From: Alphaproteobacteria bacterium
GTDB lineage: Bacteria; Pseudomonadota; Alphaproteobacteria; SP197
Direction of reading: 5' to 3'
NCBI GenBank assembly: GCA_964291415.2
Contig: OZ219919.1
Coordinates: 116,021-180,020, forward strand
Length of the DNA: 64,000 bases
Position 1 is the stretch's first letter. Every line of letters starts with the position of its first letter. The translations under genes and the position numbers were made by a program. The notes under the pieces are model-generated. The model did not search any database and was not told where the DNA came from. It worked only from the letters and a program-made list of their open reading frames with translations. Below are positions 8,939 to 18,515 of the stretch, one piece after another.

Positions 8939-10863
8939 GCGGCCTCAAGTCCCTCGAGTACCGCCTCTTCGGCGCTTCTCGGCGCGAGGCAGTCGCCGAT
9001 CCGCACGAAGGGCCGGCCGGCAGCCTCGAGACCCAGGCCGAGATCGTCGTGTGGAACAGGGCCAAGTGACAGCACCAGGGAATCCATCTCATCAAGGATG
9101 ATCGCCTCGTCCGTCAGCGTATCCTGAAAGTAGGCCACGTCATCGTCGGCGCCAAAGAGGCGCGCGTGGGTGATGATGTCGACGCCCAGCCTGCGCAGCC
9201 GCCCGACATGGTGGTTGCGGACATAGAGCTGGAGAAGTTCCCCTGCCATGGCGCCATTGACCACGAGACGCACCCTGTGGCCTGCCTCGGCCAGCTTTTC
9301 CGCCAGGCCAGGCCCGGTCCAGTCGGCGCGTCCGTCGGCAATCACGACGGAATGACCGACGTTGGCACCGTCGAGCAGTGCGATGGCTTCCACGACATGA
9401 GCCTCGCCCTCGATGGGCGGTCTCCACGGCCGGGCGCCGGTGGCCACGATGACGGCGTCGGGTTCGCACTCTTCGACGAGGCGAGGAGTCACCGTCGATC
9501 CGGTGCGGATCTCCGCGCCGGCGCTGCGGGCTTCGCGTTCGAGGTTCTGCACCAGACCGCCGAACTCCGCTCGGCCGGGAAGCATGGCGGCATGACACGC
9601 CTGTCCCCCCGGCACATCTCCCGCCTCGTGCAACGTGACACGGTGCCCTCGCGCGGCGGCCACCGCCGCCGCCTTGAGCCCGGCCGGACCGCCTCCTGCC
9701 ACCATGACGGACCGGGCGATGCGGGAAGGCAGACACGTGCCGTAACGGCGTTCGCGCCCGGAGGCGGGATTCTGGATGCAGGAAATCGCAACGCCCTTGT
9801 GCGAGTGCCCGATACAGGCCTGGTTGCAGGCAATGCAGGCACGGATATCGTCAAAGCGCCCTTCACGAGCCTTCAGCGCCATGGCGGGATCCGAGATCAT
9901 CGCCCGGGTCATGCCACAGAGATCCGCGTCGCCTGACGCCAGGATGCCCTCCGCGATCTGCGGCTGGTTGATGCGCCCGGTGGCGATCACCGGCACTCCG
10001 GAGGCCTCCTTCACCCTCCGGGCAAGGGGAGCGATGTAGCCAGCCGGAATACCCATGGGCGCGGCGATGTGGATCGAGGCGCCGAGAGTCGACGACATGC
10101 CGGCGACGACGCTGATGTAGTCAAGGCGGTGCGCCAGAGCCCCTCCGATTTTTTCGACATCATCTGCGGTGAGGCCCTGGGCCGGGTCGAGTTCGTCGCC
10201 GGAAATCCGCATGCCGAGCGTTGCATCACCGATTGCGGCACGCATCGCCGACAGCGTTTCCTCGACGAACCGAAGACGCCTGTCGAAAGACCCTCCCCAT
10301 GCGTCATTGCGGAGATTGAGCCGAGGATTGAGAAACTGCGCCGGCAGGTAGCCGTGGCTGGCGACCAGTTCCACACCGTCAAGGCCGGCCTCGGCAAGGT
10401 ATCCGGCGCCCCGGGCGAATCCCTCGATCACCTCCTCGATGAGGGCGCCGGACATGGCCCGCGGCATGATGTGAAAGCGCTCGTTGGCAACCGGGGACGG
10501 AGCCACGGCGGCGGCCATGAGACCATCGGTGCGGGCCTGGACTTCCCGGCCCGGATGGAACAGCTGGCCGAAGAGCCGCGCTCCATGCCGTTGCACCGCG
10601 CCGGCGAGGCGCCGGTATCCCGGGACGCAGTCCGCCGAACGGGCATCGAGGCAGTTGGCGGCAAAGACGCCGGTGTCGTGGATGGTGGCGATCTCGGCGA
10701 CGATGAGACCGGCGCCACCGGCTGCCCGTGCCTCGTGGTAGGCTACGAGATCGTCGCTCACCAGCCCGTCGGCAAGATGGGTGTGATGACCGGTGAAGAC
10801 GATCCGGTTTCGGATCTCCGTCCTGGCGATCGTCACGGGCGAAAACAGGTGGGGCAGCGTCAT
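8926..10863 (-). CDS. NADH:flavin oxidoreductase (old yellow enzyme plus FAD/NAD domains)
   Basis: LFSPVTI..RNRIV, RAAGGAGLI, QLFHPG, HGYLPAQFL, Fe-S motif CIACNQAC, GGGPAG. Confidence 0.92.
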   Translation of the reverse strand: MTLPHLFSPVTIARTEIRNRIVFTGHHTHLADGLVSDDLVAYHEARAAGGAGLIVAEIATIHDTGVFAANCLDARSADCVPGYRRLAGAVQRHGARLFGQLFHPGREVQARTDGLMAAAVAPSPVANERFHIMPRAMSGALIEEVIEGFARGAGYLAEAGLDGVELVASHGYLPAQFLNPRLNLRNDAWGGSFDRRLRFVEETLSAMRAAIGDATLGMRISGDELDPAQGLTADDVEKIGGALAHRLDYISVVAGMSSTLGASIHIAAPMGIPAGYIAPLARRVKEASGVPVIATGRINQPQIAEGILASGDADLCGMTRAMISDPAMALKAREGRFDDIRACIACNQACIGHSHKGVAISCIQNPASGRERRYGTCLPSRIARSVMVAGGGPAGLKAAAVAAARGHRVTLHEAGDVPGGQACHAAMLPGRAEFGGLVQNLEREARSAGAEIRTGSTVTPRLVEECEPDAVIVATGARPWRPPIEGEAHVVEAIALLDGANVGHSVVIADGRADWTGPGLAEKLAEAGHRVRLVVNGAMAGELLQLYVRNHHVGRLRRLGVDIITHARLFGADDDVAYFQDTLTDEAIILDEMDSLVLSLGPVPHDDLGLGLEAAGRPFVRIGDCLAPRSAEEAVLEGLEAAWSL

Positions 10864-12389
10864 GGCGGATGAACGGCGTCCGGCTGCAGGTGTATCGGAA
10901 AGCGCTCGCGCAGGCGCCGGTCGAGCGCCGGGGAAAAGTGCCCCGTCCGGTGATCCCGGAGGATCCGCCGGGCTTCCCGGCGCGCCTTCTCCCGGATGTC
11001 GAGCGCACCGGCCTCCTCCCACGCGCCGGGCGGTTGCCGGTCCGCCAGACGGGGGTAGAGGTAGTCCCGGGTCATGGCACCAAGGGTCTGTGAGTGGCCC
11101 AGATAGTGGCCCTCTCCGGTCACCACCTCGTTGACGGTATCGACCGACAGCGTGTCGTCGTTGACCTCGATGCCGCGGACCGTCCGCATGATGGCGCCGA
11201 GCATGTCGTTGTCGATGATGTAGCTCTCCGGAGCGGCGCCGAGCAGGCTTGCGTGCATGCCGCAACTCTGGGTGATCATCGAACAGCCCGCCTGGGCGGC
11301 GAGGGTGACAGCACAGGCCTTCTCGTAGCCGGACTGGGCATCGGGAACCTTGGAATCCGTGATGCCGGCCATGACGCTGCACGGCAGGCCGTAGTGACGG
11401 GCCATCTGGGTCGCGGCGGCGGCGGCGACCGCCTGTTCCCCGCTGCCACCGCACATGGCGCCGGTGCGCAGGTCCGAGACCAGGGGCTTGGGCCCGATGA
11501 TGGCGACGCAATCGGGATCGATGAGGTGGCAGTAGACCAGCCCGGCAAGTGCCTCGGCCACCGCCTGGGCCACCGCCCCCGCCAGGGTCGCCGGCGCCGT
11601 GGCGCCGGCCTGTCCGGCGGAAACCAGCATCACGGGCATGCCAAGAGGTATGGCCCGTTCGAGAACCCACAAGGCCTCCTCGGCAAAGCGAAGGGGAGGA
11701 ACCACATGGCACGAGAGCAGCATGGCAAAGGGTCGCTGGCGATACCGGCCCTCACCGCCGGCAATGGCGTCGAGGAGCCCGACGACAGCCTCGACATTGC
11801 GGGCTTCGGTGATGCTGGTCCCGACATGCTTGGCGGTGCCGGCGAGAATGGCGTAGGCCGTGTTGATGTCGAAGGCGAGAGGATCCTCGATATCGCAGGC
11901 GACGAGCGAGCGATCGTAGAAGTGAATGTTCTCGAGGGTATCGACGATGCGGGCGACATCGTGGAGATCCCGGACCGTGGCACTCCGGTAGCGCCCCGTC
12001 TCCAGATCGACGATGTTGGGCGACGCACCACCCGATCCGAAGTGAACCCGTCCGTCGGCAATGTCGAGGTCATGGTCACGGGTCTGCCCCCAGGCGACAA
12101 AGGAACGCCGGCCGCACCGCAGCACCTCCTCGACGAGGGATGCCGGAAAGTGGAGCCGTCCGTTGCCGCAGACCCTGCCGCCCCGTTGGGTAACACGCTC
12201 GACCATCGGGGGAATGGCGCCCGAGAACCCGACTTCTTCCATCAGCCGCATTACGCAACGATGGATTGCCGTCACATCACTGTCAGAGAGCGGTCTGTAG
12301 CAACCGCCCGGGCAACCGGGCGACACCGCGGCAGCCGGCGCCTGACGGCGCTCCTCCATGCGGCGGTCCCGACCGCGCCGCCGGGTCAT
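10860..12389 (-). CDS. Trimethylamine methyltransferase (MttB) family, non-pyrrolysine
   Basis: YRPLS..IH, GQAGATAPATLAG, DLRTGAM, DSKVPDAQSGYEK, IDNDMLG, GEGHYLG. No in-frame amber codon. Confidence 0.9.
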   Translation of the reverse strand: MTRRRGRDRRMEERRQAPAAAVSPGCPGGCYRPLSDSDVTAIHRCVMRLMEEVGFSGAIPPMVERVTQRGGRVCGNGRLHFPASLVEEVLRCGRRSFVAWGQTRDHDLDIADGRVHFGSGGASPNIVDLETGRYRSATVRDLHDVARIVDTLENIHFYDRSLVACDIEDPLAFDINTAYAILAGTAKHVGTSITEARNVEAVVGLLDAIAGGEGRYRQRPFAMLLSCHVVPPLRFAEEALWVLERAIPLGMPVMLVSAGQAGATAPATLAGAVAQAVAEALAGLVYCHLIDPDCVAIIGPKPLVSDLRTGAMCGGSGEQAVAAAAATQMARHYGLPCSVMAGITDSKVPDAQSGYEKACAVTLAAQAGCSMITQSCGMHASLLGAAPESYIIDNDMLGAIMRTVRGIEVNDDTLSVDTVNEVVTGEGHYLGHSQTLGAMTRDYLYPRLADRQPPGAWEEAGALDIREKARREARRILRDHRTGHFSPALDRRLRERFPIHLQPDAVHPP

Positions 12390-12470
12390 GCGACGCCGCA
12401 CCTCCCGGCAGCGGGACGGAGAACGACACCACCGAAGTGGTCCTGAAGCAGAACGCGAATCACGCGCAGC

Positions 12471-12514
12471 TCCGTCAATGGCGATTGCAAGTATCGCCGC
12501 GTCATCCGTCAATG
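12471..12514. promoter_or_regulatory. Direct repeat flanking a palindrome in a divergent promoter
   Basis: TCCGTCAATG at 12471 and 12505, with GGCGAT-N7-ATCGCC at 12480-12498. Confidence 0.4.
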
Positions 12515-12585
12515 CAATGCCCGTTCGCACCTTGCCGTGGGAAGAATTCACAGACACCATCACCCGTCCGAGCCTGGAGACCGCC

Positions 12586-13722
12586 ATGACCGGCCCTTCC
12601 ATCAACCGCCACCTGACGGGAGAAAGCCGGTGGCGCCTGGCGACACCGGCCCTGGTGCTGGATCTCGATGCATTCGAACACAACATCAGCGCCCTGGCAG
12701 GACACTTCGCCCGGACACCTGCCGGCTGGCGGCCCCACGCCAAGACCCACAAGTGTGCGGAGATCGCACGGCGCCAGCTCGATGCCGGAGCGACCGGAAT
12801 CTGTGTCGCCAAGCTCGGCGAGGCCGACGCCCTCGTCCGCGAGGGTATCGGCCGCATCCTCATCACCTCGCCCATCGTCACAGACGACAAGCTCGAACAG
12901 GTCCTGGCGCTCAATGACACGGCCGAGGAGCTGATCCTCGTGGTCGACAACACCACGGTTGCCGATCGCCTCGCGTCCCTCGCCGCCGGTCGCCAGAAAC
13001 CGATGAGGGTTGTCATCGATCTCGGCATCGGTCTCAACCGCACCGGAGTCTCCTCCGTTGCGGATGCCGTGGCGCTGGCAGGAGAGATCGTGCGCCGGCC
13101 CTCGCTCGACCTCGCCGGAATGCAGTGCTACGCCGGCGATATCCAGCACATTGCCGACTGCGCCACGCGCGAGAGGGAGGCCGCCGAGGTAGCTGCCTAC
13201 ATCGACGAGACACGGCGCGCCATCACCGCGGTCGCCGGTCCTCCCGCAATCGTCACCGGCGGCGGCACAGGTACCTATGACCATGACTCCGGCTGCGGTG
13301 TCTTCACCGACATCCAGGTGGGCTCGGCGATCTTCATGGATGTGGAGTACAACGCCGTGATACGCCAGGATGGCACCGCCGGCCCCTTCCGGACCGCGCT
13401 TTTCGTACAGTCGACGGTGATCTCGGCCAACGTGGCCGGCGCCGCCACCATCGATGCGGGCATCAAGGCCTTTGCCACGGACGGACCGGTGCCGGACGTC
13501 GCCGGCGGCGCCCCGGAGGGATCACTCTACGAATTCATGGGGGACGAGCACGGCAGGATCGTCGTCCGGCCGGGCGCCAATGGACCCGCCGTCGGCGACG
13601 TCGTGACATGCGTCACGCCCCACTGCGATCCCACGGTCAACCTCCACGACGTCTACCACTGCGTCCGCGGCGACCGTCTCGTCGACATCTGGCCCATCGA
13701 GGGCCGCGGCCGCACCTGGTAG
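12586..13722 (+). CDS. DSD1/D-threonine aldolase family PLP-dependent enzyme
   Basis: TPALVLD, RPHAKTHK (PLP lysine), TGGGTGT, DEHG, HCDPTVNL. GGAG RBS. Confidence 0.9.
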   Translation: MTGPSINRHLTGESRWRLATPALVLDLDAFEHNISALAGHFARTPAGWRPHAKTHKCAEIARRQLDAGATGICVAKLGEADALVREGIGRILITSPIVTDDKLEQVLALNDTAEELILVVDNTTVADRLASLAAGRQKPMRVVIDLGIGLNRTGVSSVADAVALAGEIVRRPSLDLAGMQCYAGDIQHIADCATREREAAEVAAYIDETRRAITAVAGPPAIVTGGGTGTYDHDSGCGVFTDIQVGSAIFMDVEYNAVIRQDGTAGPFRTALFVQSTVISANVAGAATIDAGIKAFATDGPVPDVAGGAPEGSLYEFMGDEHGRIVVRPGANGPAVGDVVTCVTPHCDPTVNLHDVYHCVRGDRLVDIWPIEGRGRTW

Positions 13723-13833
13723 GCCGAATCCGCACGACTCGATCGCCAACGCGCTGTCATGCACCCCCAGCCACGTTCGCGTGATCCCGATCCCGAGTTT
13801 GTCTGCGAGGAATGTCCTGGCCCCGGCCCGGCA

Positions 13834-14235
13834 TCACGCGAACGGAGCCACCCCCTCTGCCGCCGCGGCTTCGTTCAGGCGCCGGTCGAGGCTCGCCAGC
13901 GCGCACCCTTCGCGGATTGCGAGCTCCAGGTAGCTGGCGTCGTAGGCAGTCAGGTGGTGGGCGCGTGCCAGTGCCAGTAGCGCGCTGTCGTCGGTTTCGT
14001 CCACAAGCTGAATGCGAAGCCGGCGCAGCCGCATCATGCAGGTTTCGGCGTAGCCTCCGGCGATACGTCCACGACGCTCGGCCGAAAGAAGCAGGTTGCG
14101 CAACTCGTGCCAAAACGCGCCCGGAACCTTTGCCGTCTCTTCGTCCAGCCGCTCCAGCGCAAGGTCGGCGAGCGTTGCCTGTTCGTCCGGCAGAACCCAG
14201 GCGGCCACCACCGAGGCATCGGAAACAAACGCCAT
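13834..14235 (-). CDS. vapC: VapC PIN-domain toxin
   Basis: FVSDASV..DE, YDASYLELA, LASLDRRL. TGATG overlap with the antitoxin. Confidence 0.9.
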   Translation of the reverse strand: MAFVSDASVVAAWVLPDEQATLADLALERLDEETAKVPGAFWHELRNLLLSAERRGRIAGGYAETCMMRLRRLRIQLVDETDDSALLALARAHHLTAYDASYLELAIREGCALASLDRRLNEAAAAEGVAPFA

Positions 14236-14477
14236 CAGCGCGTGTGCCCCTCGTGACGCCACGACAGGATCTCGGCTGTCGTCACCGCCTTTTGTTTCGC
14301 CCGTTCCCGGCGCAATGTCGCGCTCAGCGCGGCATGCTCGTCTGCTTCGGTAATCCGCGTCACGTGGGCGATCGGCGTCGCGCCGCGGCAGATCACCAGA
14401 TCTTCACCGGCTTCCACGTCCACCAGCAATGCAGACAGATGCGTCTTCGCTTCGCCGATCTTCACACGTCGTGCCAC
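14235..14477 (-). CDS. Phd/YefM family antitoxin
   Basis: VKIGEAKTHLSALL..GEDLVI.RG..PIA. AAGGAG RBS before a GTG start. Confidence 0.88.
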   Translation of the reverse strand: MARRVKIGEAKTHLSALLVDVEAGEDLVICRGATPIAHVTRITEADEHAALSATLRRERAKQKAVTTAEILSWRHEGHTR

Positions 14478-14653
14478 TGTCTTTCGCTCCTTGCCCGATA
14501 TGCAGCGGTAGCCTCGCAATCCAGCAGCATAGCTCACGCACGATCTTGGTCAAGCACTTGGTCGCCCCACTCGCTCGCGTGACCGGTCGATCAGGCGCGA
14601 CCATGTGAACCGTCCCAACAGGGATCACGACAGCATCCGGTCGTGCCTGGCCG

Positions 14654-15670
14654 TCAGCGGTCGATGAGGTCGCGGATGGCCTCGTCGAGGAAGTCGTGGA
14701 AGGCCGGAACAGCATGGCCGCTGGCCACGCAATGTCCCCAGACCGTCGGATAGACCCTGAGTTCGGCGTCGGGCATGCCCTTGACCTCGATCTCGCTGTC
14801 CTCGGGCGGGAAGTAGAGGTCGGTTGACGAGGGCATGACGATGGCCCGCGGCGTGATGGCGCCAAGCGCGCGGGCGAAATCGCCGCCATGGAGGTGATTG
14901 GCGCTGATGTCGCCCTTCTGCCAGGTCCAGAGCTTGTGAAGCAGGTTGTTGGCGTCCCAGTTGTCGACATGGTCGGCCTCCCAGTCGGCAAGGACGTCCT
15001 CGATGCTCTCGAAACCGAGATCGCGGTAGTGGGCCTCGCGGTACCATGTCTGCGAATAGGCCCAGCCGGCGTAGACCCGGCCGAAGGCCTTGAGACCGGT
15101 GACCGGCTGCTCCGTGTAATCGCCGCCCGACCACGTTGCATCGGCGGTGAGTGCGGCCTTGACGCCTTCGAGGAAGACGATGTTGTGGGGCGATGTCCGC
15201 GCCGATCCGCAGAAAGGCAGGATGGCGTCGACCATGTCGGGATACTGGGCGCCCCACTGGAAGGACTGGCAGCCTCCCATGGACCAGCCGGTGACAAGGC
15301 GCAGGCGGGAGACCCCCAGCGCCTCCGTCAACAGCCGGCGCTGGCAGGCGACATTGTCGAAGAAGGTGGTCCGCGGAAATCGCGGACCGTCCTGGGGGGC
15401 GGGATGATTGTCCGGCGACGACGACAGCCCGTTGCCGAAAAGGTCGATCGAGACGATGAAGTGCCGTGCCGGATCAAGCGCGCGCCCGGCACCGAAGTAG
15501 GCCTCGTTGTTGCGGTGGGTGCCCGTGTAGTAGGTGGGAATGAGAACCGCGTTGTCACCGGCCCGGTTCAGTGTGCCCCAGGTACGGTAGGCAAGGTGTG
15601 CGCCCTTGAGAATCTCCCCCGACTGCAGCGTGACGTCACCAGGGGACCACGTCTCGAAGGAGGCGGCCAT
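14654..15670 (-). CDS. Alpha/beta hydrolase, homoserine acetyltransferase (MetX)-like fold
   Basis: LAYRTWGTLN, GNGLSSSP, nucleophile GWSMGG, TDLYFPPED, WGH. Confidence 0.85.
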   Translation of the reverse strand: MAASFETWSPGDVTLQSGEILKGAHLAYRTWGTLNRAGDNAVLIPTYYTGTHRNNEAYFGAGRALDPARHFIVSIDLFGNGLSSSPDNHPAPQDGPRFPRTTFFDNVACQRRLLTEALGVSRLRLVTGWSMGGCQSFQWGAQYPDMVDAILPFCGSARTSPHNIVFLEGVKAALTADATWSGGDYTEQPVTGLKAFGRVYAGWAYSQTWYREAHYRDLGFESIEDVLADWEADHVDNWDANNLLHKLWTWQKGDISANHLHGGDFARALGAITPRAIVMPSSTDLYFPPEDSEIEVKGMPDAELRVYPTVWGHCVASGHAVPAFHDFLDEAIRDLIDR

Positions 15671-17088
15671 CAATAGAGCCTCAGGTACTCGCGAACCTCC
15701 CAGTCCGTCACTTCCTGGTGGTAACGCTCCCATTCGTCGAACTTGTAGGCAAGGAACGAGGCGTGCATCTGCTCGCCGATGACCTCCTTGACGAAGACAT
15801 CGTCCCGCAGGATTTCGGCGGCCTCGAAGAGATTGCGCGGCAGGCGCTGGGCGCCCGACCGGGCGAGCTCCGCTTCGCTGAGGCTGTAGAGGTCCTCGTT
15901 CAGCGGTGGCCCGGGATCGATTTCGGAGACGATGCCCTCGGTCATGCAGGCCGCGGTCACGCCCAGGGCCAGGTAGGGGTTCATGCACATGTCGGCTGCA
16001 CGGTTCTCGATGCAGTAGCGGTTCTGCGGCATGCGCAACATGGCCGAACGGTTGTTGTAGCCGTAGGTCATGTGGGTCGGCGCCCAGGTGACCGTGCCGC
16101 CCTCGAAGCCGCCGACCCGGGGAACCAGGCCGTTGTAGGAGTTGACGGTCGGACAGGCGATGGCCGTCAGTGCCCCGCCATGCTGCAACAGGCCGCCAAT
16201 GGCATGGCTCACCTCCGGCGACCAGCCGTCCGGTGATTCGAAGAGATTGGCGTCCGGCGACGTGGTGCGGCGCATGGACGTGTTCATGTGGGCACCCGAG
16301 CGCCAGTCGCCTGTCGTCGGCTTCGGCATGAACGTGATGAACATGCCGTGCTTCTTGGCGATTTCCTTGAGCAGGATTCTGAGGAAGACGAGGCGGTCTG
16401 CCATGGCCAGCACATCGGTGTAGCCGAAGTCGAGCTCAAACTGGCTGTAGGCCCCCTCGCACACCACGTCGTGCAGGTCCCAGTCGAGTTCACCATCGAG
16501 TATGTCGATCAGATCACCCAGAAACCCCATCGAATTGATGGAGTACTCGACGTCATAGCCAAAGGCCTGGCGCCGCGGACGCAGGCCTTCGTCAGCCTCC
16601 AGGTCGTCATCGAACGCCTTGACGGGCCTGCCGTCCTTCCAGCGCATGGCGATGAACTCGGGCTCGACACCGGCATAGACCAGGTAGCCCTTGTCCGCGC
16701 AGTCGGCGAGAATCCGCTTCATCGCCCCCCTGGGGCACAGGTTGTAGGGCTTGTCGGACCACCAGAGATCGGCAAAGACCCAGGCCATGGTCCGGTCCCA
16801 GGGGCACAATGTCAGGGAGTCGAGATCGGGAACCATGATCTGGTCCGGATCCGCCGGACCCAGTTCAGGGACAAACGATACCGAATGCACGGCAAACTGC
16901 GGGCCCATCCCCCTGGCGAGCCGTTCCCAGTCGCTGAGCGGCACAGGCTTGGTCTTGGGCTGCCCCAGGAGATCGATCCAGCAGCACAGGATGTACTTGA
17001 CGTTGTGACCCGCCAGCCACTCGCCGGTCTCGCGAATCCGGTCGTCCGTTGGCAGCGCTTCGGCCATGGATTGCGGGAGTGGTGCCAT
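15670..17088 (-). CDS. Glutamine synthetase family, GlnT/gamma-glutamyl-amine ligase (GmaS-like)
   Basis: GVEPEF, QFELDF, TFMPKP..SGAHMN, PTVNSY, NNRSAMLR, IENRAAD..NPYLA. GGAGG RBS. Confidence 0.85.
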   Translation of the reverse strand: MAPLPQSMAEALPTDDRIRETGEWLAGHNVKYILCCWIDLLGQPKTKPVPLSDWERLARGMGPQFAVHSVSFVPELGPADPDQIMVPDLDSLTLCPWDRTMAWVFADLWWSDKPYNLCPRGAMKRILADCADKGYLVYAGVEPEFIAMRWKDGRPVKAFDDDLEADEGLRPRRQAFGYDVEYSINSMGFLGDLIDILDGELDWDLHDVVCEGAYSQFELDFGYTDVLAMADRLVFLRILLKEIAKKHGMFITFMPKPTTGDWRSGAHMNTSMRRTTSPDANLFESPDGWSPEVSHAIGGLLQHGGALTAIACPTVNSYNGLVPRVGGFEGGTVTWAPTHMTYGYNNRSAMLRMPQNRYCIENRAADMCMNPYLALGVTAACMTEGIVSEIDPGPPLNEDLYSLSEAELARSGAQRLPRNLFEAAEILRDDVFVKEVIGEQMHASFLAYKFDEWERYHQEVTDWEVREYLRLY

Positions 17089-17215
17089 GATCAAGAGTCC
17101 TCCGGTCAGCGGCGCTGACATTACCGCAAGCCTGTTCAGGATCAATCCGCCCGCGGTGGACGCCCAACAACCGGCGGTCTAGTGTGCGCCGGCTTCCCAA
17201 GGATGAGTTGCGCTC

Positions 17216-18511
17216 ATGGCCGGTCCCGGACACCCGCGTTTCGATACCCTTGCCCTCCATGGAGGGCAGAAGCCCGACCCCGTGACCGGGGCGCGTGCCG
17301 TTCCCCTCTACCAGTCGACCTCCTTTGTCTTCCCGTCGACCGATCATGCCGCCTCGCTCTTCAACCTCGAACGCGCCGGTCACATCTATTCGCGCATTTC
17401 CAATCCGACCGTCTCCGTTTTCGAGGAGCGGATCGCCGGCCTCGAGGGCGGTGTCGGGGCGGTGGCCACCGCAAGCGGCCAGGCGGCGCTTCACCTCGCC
17501 GTGGCCACACTCATGGGCCACGGGGATCACATCGTCGCGTCCGGCTCGATCTACGGCGGCAGCCACAACATGTTCAACTACACGCTGCCCCGCTTCGGTA
17601 TCACGACGACCTTCGTCAACCCCCGGGACCCGGATGCTTTCCGCCAGGCCATCGGTCCCCGCACGCGGCTTCTCTTCGGCGAGACGCTCGGCAATCCCGG
17701 TCTCGAGGTTCTCGACATCCCGGCCGTCGCCGCAGTGGCTCACGAGGCCGGCGTGCCGCTGATGATCGACAACACCTTCGCCTCGCCCTTCCTGTCGCGC
17801 CCGTTCGACCACGGCGCCGACCTCGTCATGCACTCGGCCACCAAGTTCCTCGGCGGACACGGCGTTGCCATCGGCGGCGTGCTCGTCGACCGGGGCGCCT
17901 TCGACTGGGAGGAAAGCGGGCTCTTTCCCACCCTCACCGAACCCTATGCCGGCTATCACGGTCTCGATTTCGCCGAGGAGTTCGGCCCGGGAGCCCTCAT
18001 CATGCGGGCCCGCGCCGAGGGTTTGCGCGACTTTGGCGCCTGCATGAGCCCGGCCAACGCGTTCTACCTGCTCCAGGGCGTGGAAACCCTGCCGCTGCGC
18101 ATGACGCGCCACGTCGAGAATGCCCGTGCCGTCGTCGCCTTCCTCGCCGGACACGATGCGGTCAGCAATGTCCTGTGGCCCGAACTCCCGTCCCATCCCG
18201 ACCACGAGCTCTCGAAGCGCCTGTTGCCGAAGGGACCCGGCGCGATCTTCAGCTTCGAACTGAAGGGAGGCCGCGAGGCGGGCGTGAAGTTCATCGAGGC
18301 ATTGCAGCTCTTTTCTCATCTCGCCAACGTCGGAGACGCCAAGTCGCTGGTCATCCATCCCGCCTCGACGACCCATCAGCAGATGGACGCGGCCGCCCTC
18401 GAGGCGGCCGGCATCTCCGAAGGACTCGTGCGTCTTTCCGTCGGGCTCGAGGACCCGGACGATCTCGTCGCCGATCTCAAGCGCGGCCTCGCCGCCGCTT
18501 CCAGGTCCTGA
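17216..18511 (+). CDS. metY: O-acetylhomoserine aminocarboxypropyltransferase/sulfhydrylase
   Basis: YSRISNPT, ASGQAA, DNTFA, HSATKFLGGHG, HLANVGDAKSLVIHPASTTH. Confidence 0.9.
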   Translation: MAGPGHPRFDTLALHGGQKPDPVTGARAVPLYQSTSFVFPSTDHAASLFNLERAGHIYSRISNPTVSVFEERIAGLEGGVGAVATASGQAALHLAVATLMGHGDHIVASGSIYGGSHNMFNYTLPRFGITTTFVNPRDPDAFRQAIGPRTRLLFGETLGNPGLEVLDIPAVAAVAHEAGVPLMIDNTFASPFLSRPFDHGADLVMHSATKFLGGHGVAIGGVLVDRGAFDWEESGLFPTLTEPYAGYHGLDFAEEFGPGALIMRARAEGLRDFGACMSPANAFYLLQGVETLPLRMTRHVENARAVVAFLAGHDAVSNVLWPELPSHPDHELSKRLLPKGPGAIFSFELKGGREAGVKFIEALQLFSHLANVGDAKSLVIHPASTTHQQMDAAALEAAGISEGLVRLSVGLEDPDDLVADLKRGLAAASRS

Positions 18512-18515
18512 GGCG

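Noticed and set aside
10864-11712. N-terminal extension in the 928-aa ORF call (similar extensions at 31067, 51916 and 57918)
   Set aside because: The extensions overlap upstream genes in another frame. The real starts are at the ATGA-type junctions.
10860-12389. Pyrrolysine recoding in the MttB-family gene
   Set aside because: The frame is open with no internal TAG, and no pyl genes are in the window.
14654-15670. Calling this gene metX because metY is nearby
   Set aside because: It lacks the HALTG-type motif of true MetX and is coupled to the GlnT-like gene, so it is left as MetX-fold only.
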